Below are positions 38,296 to 52,445 of a stretch of 64,000 bases of DNA, one piece after another. The notes beneath the pieces were generated by a model that saw only the letters and a list, made by a program, of their open reading frames with translations, did no database searches and was not told the DNA's origin. Numbering within the stretch: the first letter of the stretch is position 1; each line of letters begins with the position of its first letter. Where the stretch lies: contig NC_081362.1 of NCBI RefSeq assembly GCF_030684315.1, positions 96,083,187 to 96,147,186 of the forward strand, given 5' to 3'. The position numbers and the translations under genes were made by a program. This stretch comes from Stegostoma tigrinum. Its lineage: Eukaryota.

Positions 38296-40538
38296 AGAAC
38301 ATAGAACATAGAAAAGTACAGCACAGTACAGGCCCTTCGGCCCACGATGTTGTGCCGTGGAATAATCCTAATCCAAAAATAAAATAACCTAACCTACATT
38401 CCCCTCAATTCACTGCTGTCCATGTGCATGTCCAGCAGTCGCTTAAATGTCACTAATGACTCCGCTTCCACAACTACCACTGGTAAACTATTCCATGCGC
38501 TCACAACTCTCTGGGTGAAGAACCTCCCTCTGACGTCTCCTCTATACCTTCCTCCTAACACCTTAAAAACATGAGCCCTCGTGGCAGTCAATCCTGCCCT
38601 GGGGAAAAGTCTCTGGCTATCAACTCTATCCATGCCTCTCATTACCTCGTACACCTCGATCAGGTCACCTCTCTTCCTCCTTCTCTCCAGAGAGAAAAGT
38701 CCGAGCTCAGTCAACCTGTCCTCATAAGACAAACCCTCCAGTCCAGGCAGCATCCTGGTAAACCTCCTTTGCACCCTCTCCAAAGCCTCCACATCTTTCC
38801 TATAATAGGGCGACCAGAACTGGACACAATATTCCAAGTGTGGTCTCACCGGGGTTTTGTAGAGCTGCAGCATAACCTCGTGCCTCTTAAACTCGATCCC
38901 CCTGTTAATGAAAGCCAAAACACCATATGCTTTCTTAACAAGCGTATCCACCTGGGTGGCAACTTTGAGGGAGCAATGCACTTGAACGCCAAGATCCCAT
39001 TGTTCCTCCACACTGCCGAGAATCCTGCCTTTAATCCAATATTCAGCATTTAAGTTCGACCTTCCAAAATGCATCGCTTCGCACTTATCCAGGTTGAACT
39101 CCATCTGCCATTTCTCAGGCCAGCTCTGCATTCTGTCAATGTCTCACTGAAGCCTGCAATAGCCCTCGATACTATCAACGGCACCTCCAACCTTTGTGTC
39201 ATCAGCAAACATACTAACCCACCCCTCAACCTCCTCATCCAAGTCATTTATAAAAACTACAAAGAGCAGAGACCCAAGAACAGAGCCCTGCGGGTCACCA
39301 CACAGCACTGACCTCCAGGCAGAATACTTACCATCTACAACCACTCTCTGCCTCCTGTCAGCCAACCAATTCTGAATCCAGACAGCTAATTCACCCTGTA
39401 TCCCATACCCCTGACTCTATGAATGAGCCTGCCATGGGGAACCTTATCAAATGCCTTGCTGAAGTCCATGTACACCACATCCACTGCTCAACCCTCGTCA
39501 ACCTGTCTCGTGACTTCCTCAAAGAACTAAATAAGATTTGTAAGGCATGACCTGCCCCTCACAAAGCCATACTAACTCCCTTTAATCACGCTCTGCTTTT
39601 CCAAATAGTCATAAATCCTATCCCCCAGAATTCTTTCTAAAACCTTGCTGACCACAGACGTAAGATTGACTGGTCTGTAATTTCCAGGGATTTCCCTATT
39701 CCCTTTCTAGAAAAGAGGAACAACATTTGCCTCCTTCCAATCTTCCGGCACGACTCCCGTGGAGAGTGAGGAAGCAAAGATCTTCACCAGCGGCTTAGAA
39801 ACCTCCTTTCTCACTTCCTGGAGCAACCTAGGATAAATCTGGTCTGGCCCTGGGGACTTATCAATCTTAATGTTTGTCAAAATTTCCAGCACATCAACTT
39901 CCTCAATCTTGATCTGTTCAAGCCTGTTTTCCTCCTCCTCAAAGTTCTCATTCACAACAAGGTCCCTTTCCTTACTGTAACCGGAAGCAAAAAAACTCAT
40001 TTAGGGCTTCCCCTATCTGCTCAGATTCCACGCACAAGTTCCCTACGCTATCCCTGATCGGCCCTACCTTCTCCCTGATCATTCTCTTATTCCTCACGTA
40101 TGAGTAAAATGCCTTTGGGTTCTCCCTAATCCTTCCTGCCAAGCCTTTTTCGTGCCCCCTCCTGGCCCTCCTCAGCCCACTTTTGAGCTCCTTCCGAGCA
40201 AGGCCATAATCCTCTAAAGCTGTGCTAGACCCTTGCTTCCTCCACTTTACGTACGCTGCCTTTTTCTTTTTGACAAGAAGCACCACTGTACGCGTCATCC
40301 AAGGCTCCTTAATCTTACCCCTTCTTACCTGTCTCAGAGGAACAAATTTATACATCACTCGCAACAACTGCTCCTTAAACAGCCTCCACATGTCTGCTGT
40401 GCCCTTTTTGTGGAACAATTGCTCCCAATCTGTACTTCCCAACTCCAGTCTGATAGCGTCATAGTTTCCTTTACTCCAGTTAAATATCTTCCCCTGGTAA
40501 CTGCTGCTTTCCCTTTCCATGGCTATGGTAAATGTGAG
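38296..40538 (-). mobile_element. Young CR1 LINE, 5'-truncated (RT and 3' UTR)
   Basis: ORFs 39972..40640, 39707..40000 (KSPGPDQIYPR), 39144..39365 (PQGSVLG..FADDTK) and 38394..39131; (TAGAACA)n tail at 38295-38312. Confidence 0.93.
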
Positions 40539-40539
40539 A

Positions 40540-41033
40540 CTCTTGCAGCCCAATGGTATCAACGTGGACTTCACAAGCTTCAAAATCTCCCCTCCCCCCA
40601 CTGCATCACAAAACCAGCCCAGCTCGTCCTCTCGCCACACTGCATCCCAAAACCAGCTCAGCCTGTCTCTGCCTCCCTAACCTGTTCTTCCTCTCAACCA
40701 TCCCTTCCTCCCACCCCAAGCCGCACCTCCATTTCCTACCTACTAACCTCATCCCACCTCCTTGACCTGTCCGTCTTCCCTGGACTGACCTATCCCCTCA
40801 CTACCTCCCCACCTATACTCTCCTCTCCACCTATCTACTTTTCCCTCCATCTTCGGTCCACCTCCCCCTCCCTCCCTATTTATTCCAGAACCCTCACCCC
40901 GTCCCCCTCTCTGATGAAGGGTCTAGGCCCGAAACGTCAGCTTTTGTGCTCCTGAGATGCTGCTTGGCCTGCTGTGTTCATCCAGCTTCACACTTTATTA
41001 TCTTGGATTTATCTGCAGTTCCCATTATCTCTG
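40540..41033 (+). mobile_element. Penelope 3' fragment fused head-to-head with the CR1
   Basis: TGCAGCCCAATGGTATCAACGTGGAC.. through the tail, with hammerhead core at 40911. Confidence 0.88.
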
Positions 41034-41039
41034 ATAGCA

Positions 41040-44000
41040 TTTAAAGGAGTAAGATTTCCCCAAAGATCAAAGAGATACAGCCTCTCCACCCTCAGCAAAC
41101 TGAATCCACTCCACACGGAACTTTCCCAGGCGTCAGAAAGGGGAAAGTGGGCAGTGTGTCCTTTCACTCCCCGGTTACAGGATCCTTACCACAGCTACTG
41201 TTGCCTGTGCAAATGTAAAACGGGAAAGGTGACAAATCATGGCTGACACGGGAAATTAGGGATAGTATTAGACCCAAGGAAGAGGCAAACAAATTGGCCT
41301 GAGAAGCAACAGACCCGATGGGTGATTGCTTCATGATTGATTCAGGAAAAGAAAGTAACGTTCAAGTGTAAGTTTGAGGGAAACATTAAAAAAAATCAGA
41401 AAATTGTTTTCAGACAGAATGGGAACTGCAGATCATGGAGAATCCAAGATAACAAAGTGTGAAGCTGGATGAACACAGCAGGCCAAGCAGCATCTCAGAA
41501 GCACAAGAGCTGACGTTGAAAATGGTTTTGTTGGGATCTGTAGAGAAGGCCATTGGTGAAGATAAATTTAGTTCTCTCACAGTCAGAAACTAGAATTTAT
41601 AATGGGGAGCAAAGAACTGGCTAAGGAACTAAATACACACTTTAGTTCTGCCCTCACAAAGGAGAGCACACATAACATTCCAGAACAAAGGGTTTCTTGA
41701 GAGGGAAGAAATGAAGGAAATTAGGATTAGTCAAGAAATGGTGTTGGGGAAATTTATGGGATTGAAAGATGATAAATCTGTCGGGTCTGATAATCTCCAT
41801 CCCAGAGAATTTAAGGAAGTGGCCTTGTAAATATTGGGTGCATTGTTGGTCATCTTCCAAGGTTCTACAGATTCTGAACAATTGGTGGGTAGCTGATGTA
41901 ACCTCACATTTTGAAAAGGGAAGCAGAAAATTATAGACCCTGATGGCATGACTGGGGAGAATATTAGATTCCATTATAAACAATTTAATAGCAGAACACT
42001 TTGAAAAATGAGTCAACATGGATTTACAAAAGATTGACAAATCGACTGGAATTCTTCATAGATGTAACTTATAGAGTTGATAAGGAGGAGTCAGTAGATG
42101 TGCTTTATTTGGATGCCCAGAAGGCTTTTGAGAAATCACATAAGAGAGATTAATGTGTAAAACGAAAGGACATGAACTTGGAGCATTGTATATTGAGCTG
42201 GAGAGCAAACTGATTAGAAAACAGGAAACAAACACATGAAAGGAGGCTTCACTGAAAGACTTTGAACAGTTCGCAGCTAAATTATAATGCAAAATTGCCG
42301 AAGTAAGAACCTGAGACACAGGCAAACTGGAATGGGGTATATACAGTCAATCTGTGAAACACATTGTTTTGAGTTCGGTCTAGGTGGTATAAGTTTTTGT
42401 TCATGTGTCACTGGCACCAGAACTGGGGTAAAAGGGGGCTGATCTCGTCGGACAGGCTTCACTTGAACCATGCTAGGATCAGTGTCCTGGTGAATTGAAC
42501 AACAAAAGCTGTCGAGAGGTCTGTAAACTAATTCGAAGGGGGAAGCATTCAGGTGAAAGAGCCTTGAGACCAACAAAGCAAAAGGATACAGCAGCATTAT
42601 AAGGCAGGTACTTGTATAACAGTACCTAGAGTGGGACAGGAACAGAGGATAAACACTCGGAAAAAGCAGGAGTGAATAGGATCACCATGGGAAATAGTTT
42701 TAAAAGGGCTAAGTTAATGACACTTTACTTGAATGCACAGAGCATTCAGAACAAAATAAATTAAATAATGGCTCAATTACAGTACATTTGTGAAGAAGAG
42801 TCTGATTCAGCACAAAATGTTCATTCTGTTTCTCTCTCTACAGGTACTGCCAGACCTGCTGAGATTTGCCAGCATTCTCTATTTTTGTTTCAGGTTTCTA
42901 TCAGCTGCAATATTTTGCCTTTCATAGAAGAGGAAGCCATGGAAGTATTACCAAGGGATATTCAGTCAGTATTTGGTAAGGTCCCACACATAAGGATATT
43001 TAATAAGAGCCACATGGTCTTGAACTGAATATTATTGAAATGTGAAAAACTAGTAAAACTTCGGAACCGTGGGATTCAAGAGCCCATACCCAGAAATCAC
43101 TAAAAGCTAACATTTAAGTTCTCTGGGTAATAGGGAAGGCAAATGGAGAGTTGGCCTTTATTTCCAAAGGAAGTGGGTAATAAAATTAGAAAGGGTTTGC
43201 TAAAACTGTGCAAAACATAAGTCAGAACATAACTGGAATACTGTGAACAGTTTGGTCCCTTATCTGAAGATGCCCTAACATTTGTGGCTGTCTACAGAAG
43301 GATCACTGGACTTATACCTGGTATGGAGGGAATGTCCTATGAGGAGAGATTAAGTTGATTGGGTTTGTATTCATCAATATGTTGAAGAACGAGAGGAAAC
43401 CTCAGTAAAAACCTTTTATGTTTCACAGGACTTGACAGATAGATGCAAAGAAATTGTTTCCACTGTGAGGGAGTCTGGGAGCAGAGGACAGCATTTCAGA
43501 ATAAGGGGACGCACACTTAAGGCAGAGCTAAGAAGGAATTTGTTCACTGTGAGGGGAAATCTATACAACACAGTGCTGTTGAGGCTGGGTCATTCAGCAT
43601 GTTTAAGTTTGAGAAAGGCAAATTTTTTAAATCAGAAACTACATCAAGGGATATAGAGGAGAAACAGGAAAGTCAGTTGTGGTTTATCAGATCAGCCTTG
43701 GTGTCATTGAAAGGCAAGCAGACTCAATGGGCTGAATGGAGTGATTCTGCTCCTATGACTTCTGTTATGGTTCAAGCGAGGCACTTAGCAGGGTATTGGA
43801 TGATTATTTGAATGGAAACAATGTGCAGGATGAAGGGGAAAAGGGAAGTGATTTGCACGAAGTGAGGGAGTCAGTAAATCATCGACCTGTATAAGAAGGA
43901 AACAGACCATTCAATCCAACAGGCCTTAGCTGACCTGATCATAAACTGATCAAGTCCAATTTGCCAACATTTAACCATATCCCTCAAAACCCTTCCTACT

Positions 44001-47000
44001 CATGTACCATCCAGGTGCCTTTTAAATGCTGTAATTGTACCAACCTCTATCATCTCCTCTGGCCATTCATTCCGGACACACACCATCCTTTGTGTGAAAA
44101 TCTTGCCTGACAGGTCACTTTTAAATCTTTCCGCGCTCATGTTAAATGTATGTCCTCCAGTTTTGGACTCCCTAAACCTGGAAAAAAGACACGATGTTCA
44201 ACCTATCTTTGACCATCAGGATTTTATAAACCTATATAAGGTCACCCCTCAGCTTCTGACAATCCAGGGAAAATAGCCCCCAGCTGTTTAGCCTCTCCGT
44301 GCAGATTCATCCCTCTAATCCCAGCAACGTCCTTCTCAATTTTTTTCTGAACACTTTCAAGTTTAACATCTTTCTTCTCACAAGGAGACTAAAACTGAAT
44401 GCAGTATTCTAAAAGTGGACTAATTCTTATTCTCAATACAATGATCAATGAAGGAAGCTTTCCAAATGCCTTCTTCAACTACCCTGCCTACCTGCAACTT
44501 CACTGTAAAGGAATTGCACATCTGCACTCTAAGGTCTTTTTGCTCAGCAACATTCCACAGAGTCCTCCCATTAATTGTACAAGTCCTTCCCTCATTTCCT
44601 TCAGCAGAATGCAAAACCTCATATTTATCTAAATTAAACTCCATCTGCCACTCCTCAGCCCATTGGCCCATCAGATCAAGATCCCACTGTACTCAGATAG
44701 CCTTCTTCACTATCCATGACACCATCAATTCTGCTGTCATCTGCAAACTTACTGAGAATATGTCCTCCATTTGTATAAATGACAAAAAGCATTGGAACCA
44801 GCACTGATCCTTGCAGCACATCATTGGTCACAGAAGGCCAGTCCAAAAAATACTAACTCCCTCTGTCAACTACTGTTGAGCCAATTTGATATGCAGTTTG
44901 CTTGGTCCCCCTGCATCCCATGTGATCTAAACTTGCGAATGAGTCGACTATTCCCAAACTTGTTGACCCCTTGCTGAAGTCCATGTAGACATTATCTATC
45001 GCTCGGCCTTGATCAACCTTGTCCGTCACTTCTTCAGAAGCTCATTGAAGTTCATTGAATTCATATAGTGTGAAAACAGGCCCTACAGACCAACAAGTCC
45101 ACATTGACATTCGGAGCATCCCACCCAGACATATCCCCATAATGTATGCATCCCCGAACTGGCAATTTAGCATGGCCAATTCACCATGCTGACAATCCTT
45201 AACCGGTCATTGCATTTCCAAATACATATAATTCCTGCACCACAATTCTCTCCAACAAATTGCCAAATACTGACATCAGGCTCACCAATCTCGGTTCCCT
45301 AGCTTTTCCTTACGGCAGCAAACCAACCTTAATTCTTCCAACACAGCACCTTTGGCTCTCAAATGGTACAAATGGAAGAAAGGCTGAGGGACTTGAGGCT
45401 GTTTTTGTTAGAGAGAAGAATGTTGAGAGGTGACTTAATTGAGACATATAAAATAATCAGAGGCTTAGGTAGGGTGGATAGAGAGAGCCTTTTTCCTAGG
45501 ATGGTGACGGCAAGCACGAGGGGGCATAGCTTTAAATTGAGGGGTGAAAGATATAGCAAAGATGTCAAAGGTAGTTTCTTTACTCAGGGAGTAGTAAGGG
45601 AATGGAACGCTTTGCCTGCAATGGTAGTAGATTCGCCAACTTTAGGTACATTTAAGTCGTCATTAGATAAGCATATGGACGTACATGGAATAGTGTAGGT
45701 TAGATGGGCTTCAGATTGGTATGACAGGTCGGCACAACATCGAGGACCAAAGGCCCTGTACTGTGCTTTAATGTTCTATGTTCTATGTAAATATCTCAGC
45801 AAGAGACGCAGCAACCTCTTCCCTAGCTTTCCACAAATTTTAGGGATAGACCTGATAAGATTCTGGGGATTCATCCAACTTTATGCATTTTAAGACATCC
45901 AGCACCTCTTTGTCCATAGTACGGACACTTGAAGGTATCACTATTTATTGACCCATGCCCTCCATATTCCATATCCTTCTCTACAGTCAATACTGACGGA
46001 AAATACTTGTTTAGGATCTCATTCATCCCTGTGGTTAAAGTTTAAGTGTTCAGAGAGCCAGTACTGAAACGGTAGGCTCAATGTCTTCCTTCTTGATCAG
46101 AACATTTCTGTGATTGTGGGAACCGCGAAATTACACTTTGTGCAGCAAATATTGCTTCAACGTTTCTGTTTCCTGGGCTCAGTTTGAAGCTGTTGTTGAG
46201 AAAAGGCAACCCCCATCTCAGCCAAATGTTCCAAATTACTTTTCCTACAGGCATTCACTCTCGTTGGTGTGTAGATGGTGAAATCTTCACTTTGTTCCCT
46301 ATCATTGCCTGTCCATTAAACAGCTGGGAAATGGTGGGAGCACAGTGTGATACTACAGTCTTAGTGAGTGTGAGGGGACAGCTTGCCTCAGTTGGTCACT
46401 CTCTCACATCGTTTTGACAGCCATAGCTTCCTGACCTATTTCAGGAGCTTGGTTTAAAGCTGACATTGTGGTGGACTGGGTGGGTGCCACAGTGCAGTTT
46501 CAGTCATAATACATTGTGTCTGTGAGGCTGGTACAAGACAGATGGGTGTGGCACCATGGCAGCAGATCACCTGGTAGGAGTGGCTAAATCAGCAGCAACA
46601 GAGAGAAGATTGCACTCTGCCGTTTTTTCCATCACATTTTGCATACAGTGCTCATTCGTCCAATTTGAATATTTAAAAATTGCAAAGCGCAACTTGAAAA
46701 AGAACAGAAAATACTGTCAGTGTCCTGACCATTGACATGATTCCTTCAACTAACACCATCACACAAAACATGAACAGTCATTAAACACCTTCATTTTTGG
46801 GAATATCCCTGTATGGAACAGACCCAGAGTTTAGGGCTGAAACAGATACAGAACCTCGATCTGATTCACAGTTCGTGAAATCCTGGAGATGTTTTAATGG
46901 ATCAAATTAAATACTATTGATTGCAGAGAATTGATATGAGTGCCCATATGGCCCCATTGGCAAAACTCATTCTGAATCACAAAACTGTAAATGCAGCAAT

Positions 47001-47605
47001 TTTGTCAAATCATTTGACTGCCTTTCTTTACTCAGACAGCGGTAAGGGCATGGAACGCCCTGCCTGCCAATGTAGTTAACTCAGCCACATTAGGGGGATT
47101 TAAACAGTCCTTGGATAAGCATATGGATAATGATGTGATAGTGTAGGGGGGGGTGCTTAGATTAGTTCACAGGTTGGCGCAATATCGAGGGCTGAAGGGC
47201 CTGTTCTGTGCTGTATTGTTCCATGTTCTATGTTCTATGTTCTAAATCTGCCCCACCAAGACCCAGTGAGTACACAGACTCTTCCAAATTACCCCAAATA
47301 CAAACCCTCATATGCAGCTGGTCCCTCAATCCCATTTTCCCATTCAATGAATGACAGAAAAGGATGGGAGGAACATTCTATTGCCTCAGAGATAGAAAGA
47401 ACTGCCAATGCTGGAGTCAGAGATGACTCAATTTCCTTATGAAGGGTCGAGGCCCGAAACGTCAGCTTTTGTGCTCCTGAGATGCTGCATGGCCTGCTAT
47501 GTTCATCCAGCTTCACACTTTATTATCCATTTCCTGTTCTGTGTTCTCAGCCTGTGGAGCTCTGTGTCAGCTGCACCAAGCAATCTCCAGACAGGCATAA
47601 ATTCT
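41040..47605. repeat. Left arm of an old inverted segmental duplication (paralogous to intron 1 of the plus-strand VJ gene, ~51285-61720)
   Basis: Colinear inverted matches: 47530-47605/51285-51360, 46030-46690/51830-52450, 43900-45350/52700-54700, 43770-43870/54715-54820, 42240-42500/55750-56015, 41170-42230/58800-59835, 41040-41110/61650-61720. Confidence 0.85.
45365..45787 (+). mobile_element. CR1 3' end
   Basis: ORF 45363..45698 EERLRDLRLF..RGDLIETYKI..TRGHSFKL..WNALP; GTTCTAT tail. Confidence 0.85.
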
Positions 47606-47714
47606 CAGATAACAAGGTGTAAAGCTGGATAAACGCAGCAGGCCAAGCAGCATCAGAGGAGCAGGAAGGCTGACGTTTTGGGCTTAGACGTTTCATAGAA
47701 AATTGTTTTTGACT

Positions 47715-50305
47715 GGTGCGAATGCAATGGGTGAAGTTCCAGAAAGGAGCAGTCACTTTGTGTTTTTTTAACAGCCCCACCTCATAGTTGCAGAGAAGTG
47801 GAGGAGCAGATTGGGAGGCAGCTACTGAAAAGGTGCAAAAGTCACAGGGTTTTAGTCAAGGATGACTTCAACTTTCCAAATATTGATTGGAAACCTTTTA
47901 GTTGTAATAGTTTAGATGGAGCGGATTTTGCTCAGTGCATTCAAGAACGATTCCTGACACAGTATGTAGATAGACCAACATGAGGAGAGGCCACTTTGGA
48001 TTTGGTGCTTGGCAATGAACTGGCCAAGTGTTAGACCTGTTGGTAGGACAGCATTTTGGCGGTAGCAATCTTCACTCTGTTACTTTTACAATAGCCATGG
48101 AAAAGGAAAGGTACATATAGCAGGGTAAGGTTAATAATTGGGGAAATGGTAATTACAGTTCTGTCAGGCAAGAACTGGGTTATATAAAATGGGAGCAGAT
48201 GCTGTCAGGGAAGAGCACTATAGAAATGTGGAGATTGCTTAAGGAATGCATACTGTGTGTGCTTGATATGCTTGTTCCTAGCAGGCAGGGATTATGCAGT
48301 TGAAGGAGGGAGCCTTGCTTCTCAAGAGAGATCGAATGACTGGTTAAGAGGAAGAAGATGCTTACATAAAGTTAAGGAAACAAGGAACGGAAAAGGCTCT
48401 AGAGGGACACAAGTTATCCAAGAAGGAGCTAAAGAAAGAGCTTAGGAGAGCATTAATAGGGCATGAGAAACCTTGGCAGATAGGATCAAGGAAAACTCCA
48501 AGGCTTTTTATATGTACTTGAGGAATGAGGGAATGACCAGAGAAAGGGTAGGGCCAGTCACAGATTGTAAAGGGAATTTGTGCACGGAGCCGAAAGAAAT
48601 AGGATATGTCCTTAATGAATAGTTTTCTTCGGTATTCACGACTGAGAGGGACGTGATTGTAGAGGAGGACAGTGTGAAACAGGCTGGCAGGCTAGAGAAG
48701 GTTGATGTTAGTAAGGAAGATGTGCTCCAAATTTTGAGGAAGTTGAAGACAGATAAGTCCCCCGGGCCTGATGGGATGTATCCAAGGATTCTATGAGATG
48801 CGAGGGAAGAGATCGCAGAGCCTCTGGCGACGATCTTTTCATCCTCACTTTTCATGGGTATAATGCTGGAAGATTGGAGAGAGGCAAATGTCATTCCCTT
48901 GTTCAAAAAAGGGAATAGGGATCACCCCGGAAATTACAGGACAGTTAGTCTTATGTCTGTGGTGGGCTAATTATTTGAAAGGGCTCTGAGAGATAGGATT
49001 TATGATCATTTCAATAGACACAGTTTGATTTGTAATGGTCAGCATGAATTTGTGAGGGGTAGATCATGCCTCACAAACCTTAAGGAATTCTTTGAAGATG
49101 TGGCCAAACACGTGGATGAAGGTCAAGCAGTGGATGCGGGACATGGATTTAAGTAAGATGTTTGATAAGGTTCCCCTTCTTAGGCTCATGCAGAATGTAA
49201 GGAGGCATGGGATAGGCGGAAATGTGGCAGATTGGATTCAGAATTGGCTAACCCTTAAAGACAAGGGGTGGTAGTGGATGGAAAATATTCAACATGTTGC
49301 TCAGCTACGAGTTGTGTACCACAAGGATCTGTCCTGGACCCTCTTCCATTTGTGATTTTTGTAAGTGATTTGGGTGAAGGAGTGGAAGGGTGGATTAGCA
49401 AGTTCGCAGACGATACAAAGGTGGGTAACTTTGTGGACAGTGTGGTGGACTGTTCTGTTTACAAAGGGACATTGATGGGATGCAGAGATGGGCTGAGAAG
49501 TGGCAGATGGAGTTTAACCCTGAAAAGTGTGAGGTGATTCATTTTGGAAGGACAAACTTGAAAGCAGAATGTAGGGTGAACGGAAAGATTCTTGGTAGTG
49601 TGGAGGAGCAGAGGGATCTTGTGGTTCATGTTCACAGTCCCCTGAAAGCTGCCACTCAGGTGGATAGAGTTATTGAGAAGGTATATAGCTTTCATTCATC
49701 GAGGAATCAAGTTCAAGAGACGTGAAGTTATGCTCCAGCTATCCAAAAGCCTGGTTCAGCCACATCTGGATTATTGTGTCCAGTTCTGGTTGACTTTTTA
49801 CAGGAAAGATGTGGACGTGTTGGAAAAGGTGCAGAGGAGATTTACCAGGATGTTGCCTGGAATGGAGGGAGGGTCTTATGAGGAAAGGTTGAGAGAGCTC
49901 AGGCTTTTCTCTTTAGAACAATGAAGGATGAGAGTTTACTTGATAGAGGTGGACAAAATGATCAGAGGTATAGATAGTGTTGACAGCAAGAGACTTTTTC
50001 CTTGGGTGCAGGTAGCTATTATGAGGGGCATAGTTTTAAAGTGAGCGGAGGTTGATACCGGGGAGACGTCAGAGGTAGGCTCTTCACTCAGAGAGTGGTA
50101 GGGGCTTGAAATGCATTGCTGCAGAGGGTAGTGGAGTCGGCCTCATCAGGAGCTATTTAGCGGCTGTTAGAAAGGCATATGGATAATCTTCGAAGGTCGG
50201 GGTGGAGGTCAGATCGACATTAGGATTAGGGTAAAAGTCTGGCACAACATCATGGGCTGAAGGGCCTGTCCTGTGCTGTACTGTTCTATGAGTTTTATAT
50301 GTTCT
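47715..50305 (+). mobile_element. Degenerate CR1 LINE spanning most of ORF2
   Basis: DDFNFPNIDW (EN), KSPGPDG, VPQGSVL..FADDTK (RT), HLDYCVQFW..VQRRFTRM, 3' tail; several stops and frameshifts. Confidence 0.9.
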
Positions 50306-50859
50306 ATCACCCTATTTTTGCCATCTCAGATGCTGCCAGACCTGCTGATCTTATCCAGCAACTTTGCTTTCGTCGTTGATGTTGTTGTGACTGTGGTCGC
50401 TGGGTCTATTTTCGGGTATCCTCCATTTTAACCTATCCCGTTTCTCCATCATTGCCTGCTCTTTCAGACTCTGCTTCGGATCTCACCATTTGATCATGTT
50501 TCTGAAACAGAGTTGCACAAGATTGGAAACAGTAACTTTGTTTCTCTCTCCATAGATTCTGTGGAATCTGCTGAGTTTCTTCAGCAATTTTTTGTTTTTT
50601 AATCATGTTTCAGCATTTTTGATTCAAAGTATCTTTCCTTGGTTGGTGATAAAATTTGATCATTCCCTCACTTGTGCAAAGATTTGACATCATTTTACTC
50701 AGTACCTGCTGCTAAAGAAATGGCAGTTGTTGTTGTAAATATGATGGGTGTTGACCCAGTGTGTTTGAATAAGTGTTTTCACCATTTACAGGATTGTAAC
50801 AAATGTGTGAATTCTCAATGTTTAAGTCTCTGATTGTGAGAAACTTGCACTGAATAAAT

Positions 50860-50975
50860 AATTAACGTCACCCCTGAAATAAACCTCTCTGAGTCACATT
50901 GAGAAAATCCAGCCAGTTATACCCTTCCTCAGAAGAGAGCAGCCATTGGTTTATTCTCACTGCTTCCTCTTTACA
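50860..50975 (+). promoter_or_regulatory. Candidate proximal promoter of the VJ gene
   Basis: Non-repeat DNA 140-250 bp upstream of the leader ATG. It has CRE-like TAACGTCA (50863), AP-1 TGAGTCA (50890), ETS/PU.1-like CTTCCTC (50924, 50963) and ATTGG. No Ig octamer seen. These are motif matches only. Confidence 0.4.
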
Positions 50976-51110
50976 GACACTTAAACTTCTTTAACTCCTG
51001 AGAAATGGAACATTGAAGAAGCTGCAGTTGGCTGGCACACTTTGTGTTTCCATCTATTAACTGGACGGACAATAAACCGTGTGGATAAACAGGGTGGTTG
51101 CTCTGGTGAA

Positions 51111-51162
51111 ATGATCAGTGGAACTCTATTTGCTGTGACCCTGTCCCTCTGTGTTGCTTTGG
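51111..51162 (+). CDS. Leader (signal peptide) exon of a VJ-type IgSF gene
   Basis: gaaATG; MISGTLFAVTLSLCVAL+G, followed by a perfect donor G|GTAAGT. Phase 1 joins in frame to 62301 (..VAL-G-ANAPVLFQSP), the classic split Ig/TCR leader. Confidence 0.82.
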
Positions 51163-52445
51163 GTAAGTGTTTGTTTTGGAGAAGTTTAACTTGTTATAAA
51201 AGACCTTTCCAAGGTTTGTGCTGCTGTTGAGTTTATGTGAATACTATACGTTTGAACATTGAGAACTGGAGGGCAGTGTCACAGGGAGAATTTATTACCG
51301 TCTGGAGATAGTTTGGTGCAGCTGACGCTGAGCTCCACAGCTGGGAACACAGAGCAGAAAACATAGTGTGCCTCCATTCATTTTCTGTCATTCGCTGAAT
51401 GGGAGAATGGGATTGAGGAGCAGGTTGCACATTAAAATGTGTATTCGGGGTGGATTGGATGAGTCTGTGTGTTGACTGGGTCTCGTTGGGGTGGATTTGA
51501 AGGACAGCCAACTGTTTTTATGAAATTGGTGATTTTACAGCTTGATGATTCAGAATGCATTTCACCAAATGGAGCCATGCTGACACTCACAACAATTCTC
51601 TACAATCAATAGTATTTAATTTGTTCCATTAAAACATCTCCAGGACTTCACAAACTGTGAATCAGTTTGAAGTTCTGTATCTGTGACAGCTCCAAACCCT
51701 GGGATTGGTCCAAACTGGGAACATTTCAAAAGGTACATTTGCTGAAAGTCAGATTGTGTTTTATGTGAAGGTGTTAATTGAAGGAAGGATTTTAATGGTC
51801 AGGAGACCTTTTTTGTTCAAACTCTGTTTTGTGATCTTTAAATCTTCGAACTAGGCCACTGATCACCCCATGAAAATCTGATGGCAACAACGGCAGAGTG
51901 CAATCTTCTCTCTGTTGCTGCTGCTTGCACTCACTCCTGCCAGGTGATCTGCTGCCACAGTGACACACTCGTCTGTATGGAACAGCCTCACGCGCTCACT
52001 GTATCTTGTCTGTAACTGCTGTGTGACATTTGCCCATTCCATTGGAAGGTCAGCTTTGAGGCAAGCTCCTGGAAGCTGTGGCGGCCAACTGAGGCAAGCT
52101 TCCCCCATAGAATCACGGAGACAGTAGTGTCCCCCATTGCTCCCACCATTTCCCAGCTGTTTAATGGACAGACTATAATGTGTAACAAACTGAGGATTTC
52201 ATCATCTGCAGACCAAAGATAGAGACTGCCTGCAGGAAATGTGATTTTGTCAATTCAGTTGAGATGTGGATTGTGTTTTCTGTACAACAGCTGCGAAGTG
52301 AGCCCAGAAACTGAAAGGGGAAGCAATATTTGCTGTGCAGTGTGTAATTTCACTGTTCCCAAAATCACAGAAATGTTCTGATCAAGAAGGAAGCCATTGG
52401 TCCCAGCATTTCAGTACTGGTTTTCTGAGCACTTCAACTTTAACT

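Noticed and set aside
38077-38304. Identical peptide MEGKYSLEIL.. also at 63327..63527
   Set aside because: Reflects recent DNA duplication of an intron, antisense to the genes; no domain or splice support.
51870-51947. Signal-peptide-like SAIFSLLLLLALTPA followed by AG|GTGATC
   Set aside because: An in-frame TGA follows the only nearby in-frame ATG, the paralogous copy (~46570-46640) also has stops, and the donor is weak. 51111-51162 is a much better leader.
51863-52188. Similar short ORFs here and at 46184..46417
   Set aside because: Explained by the inverted duplication of intronic DNA; frames are not conserved between the copies.
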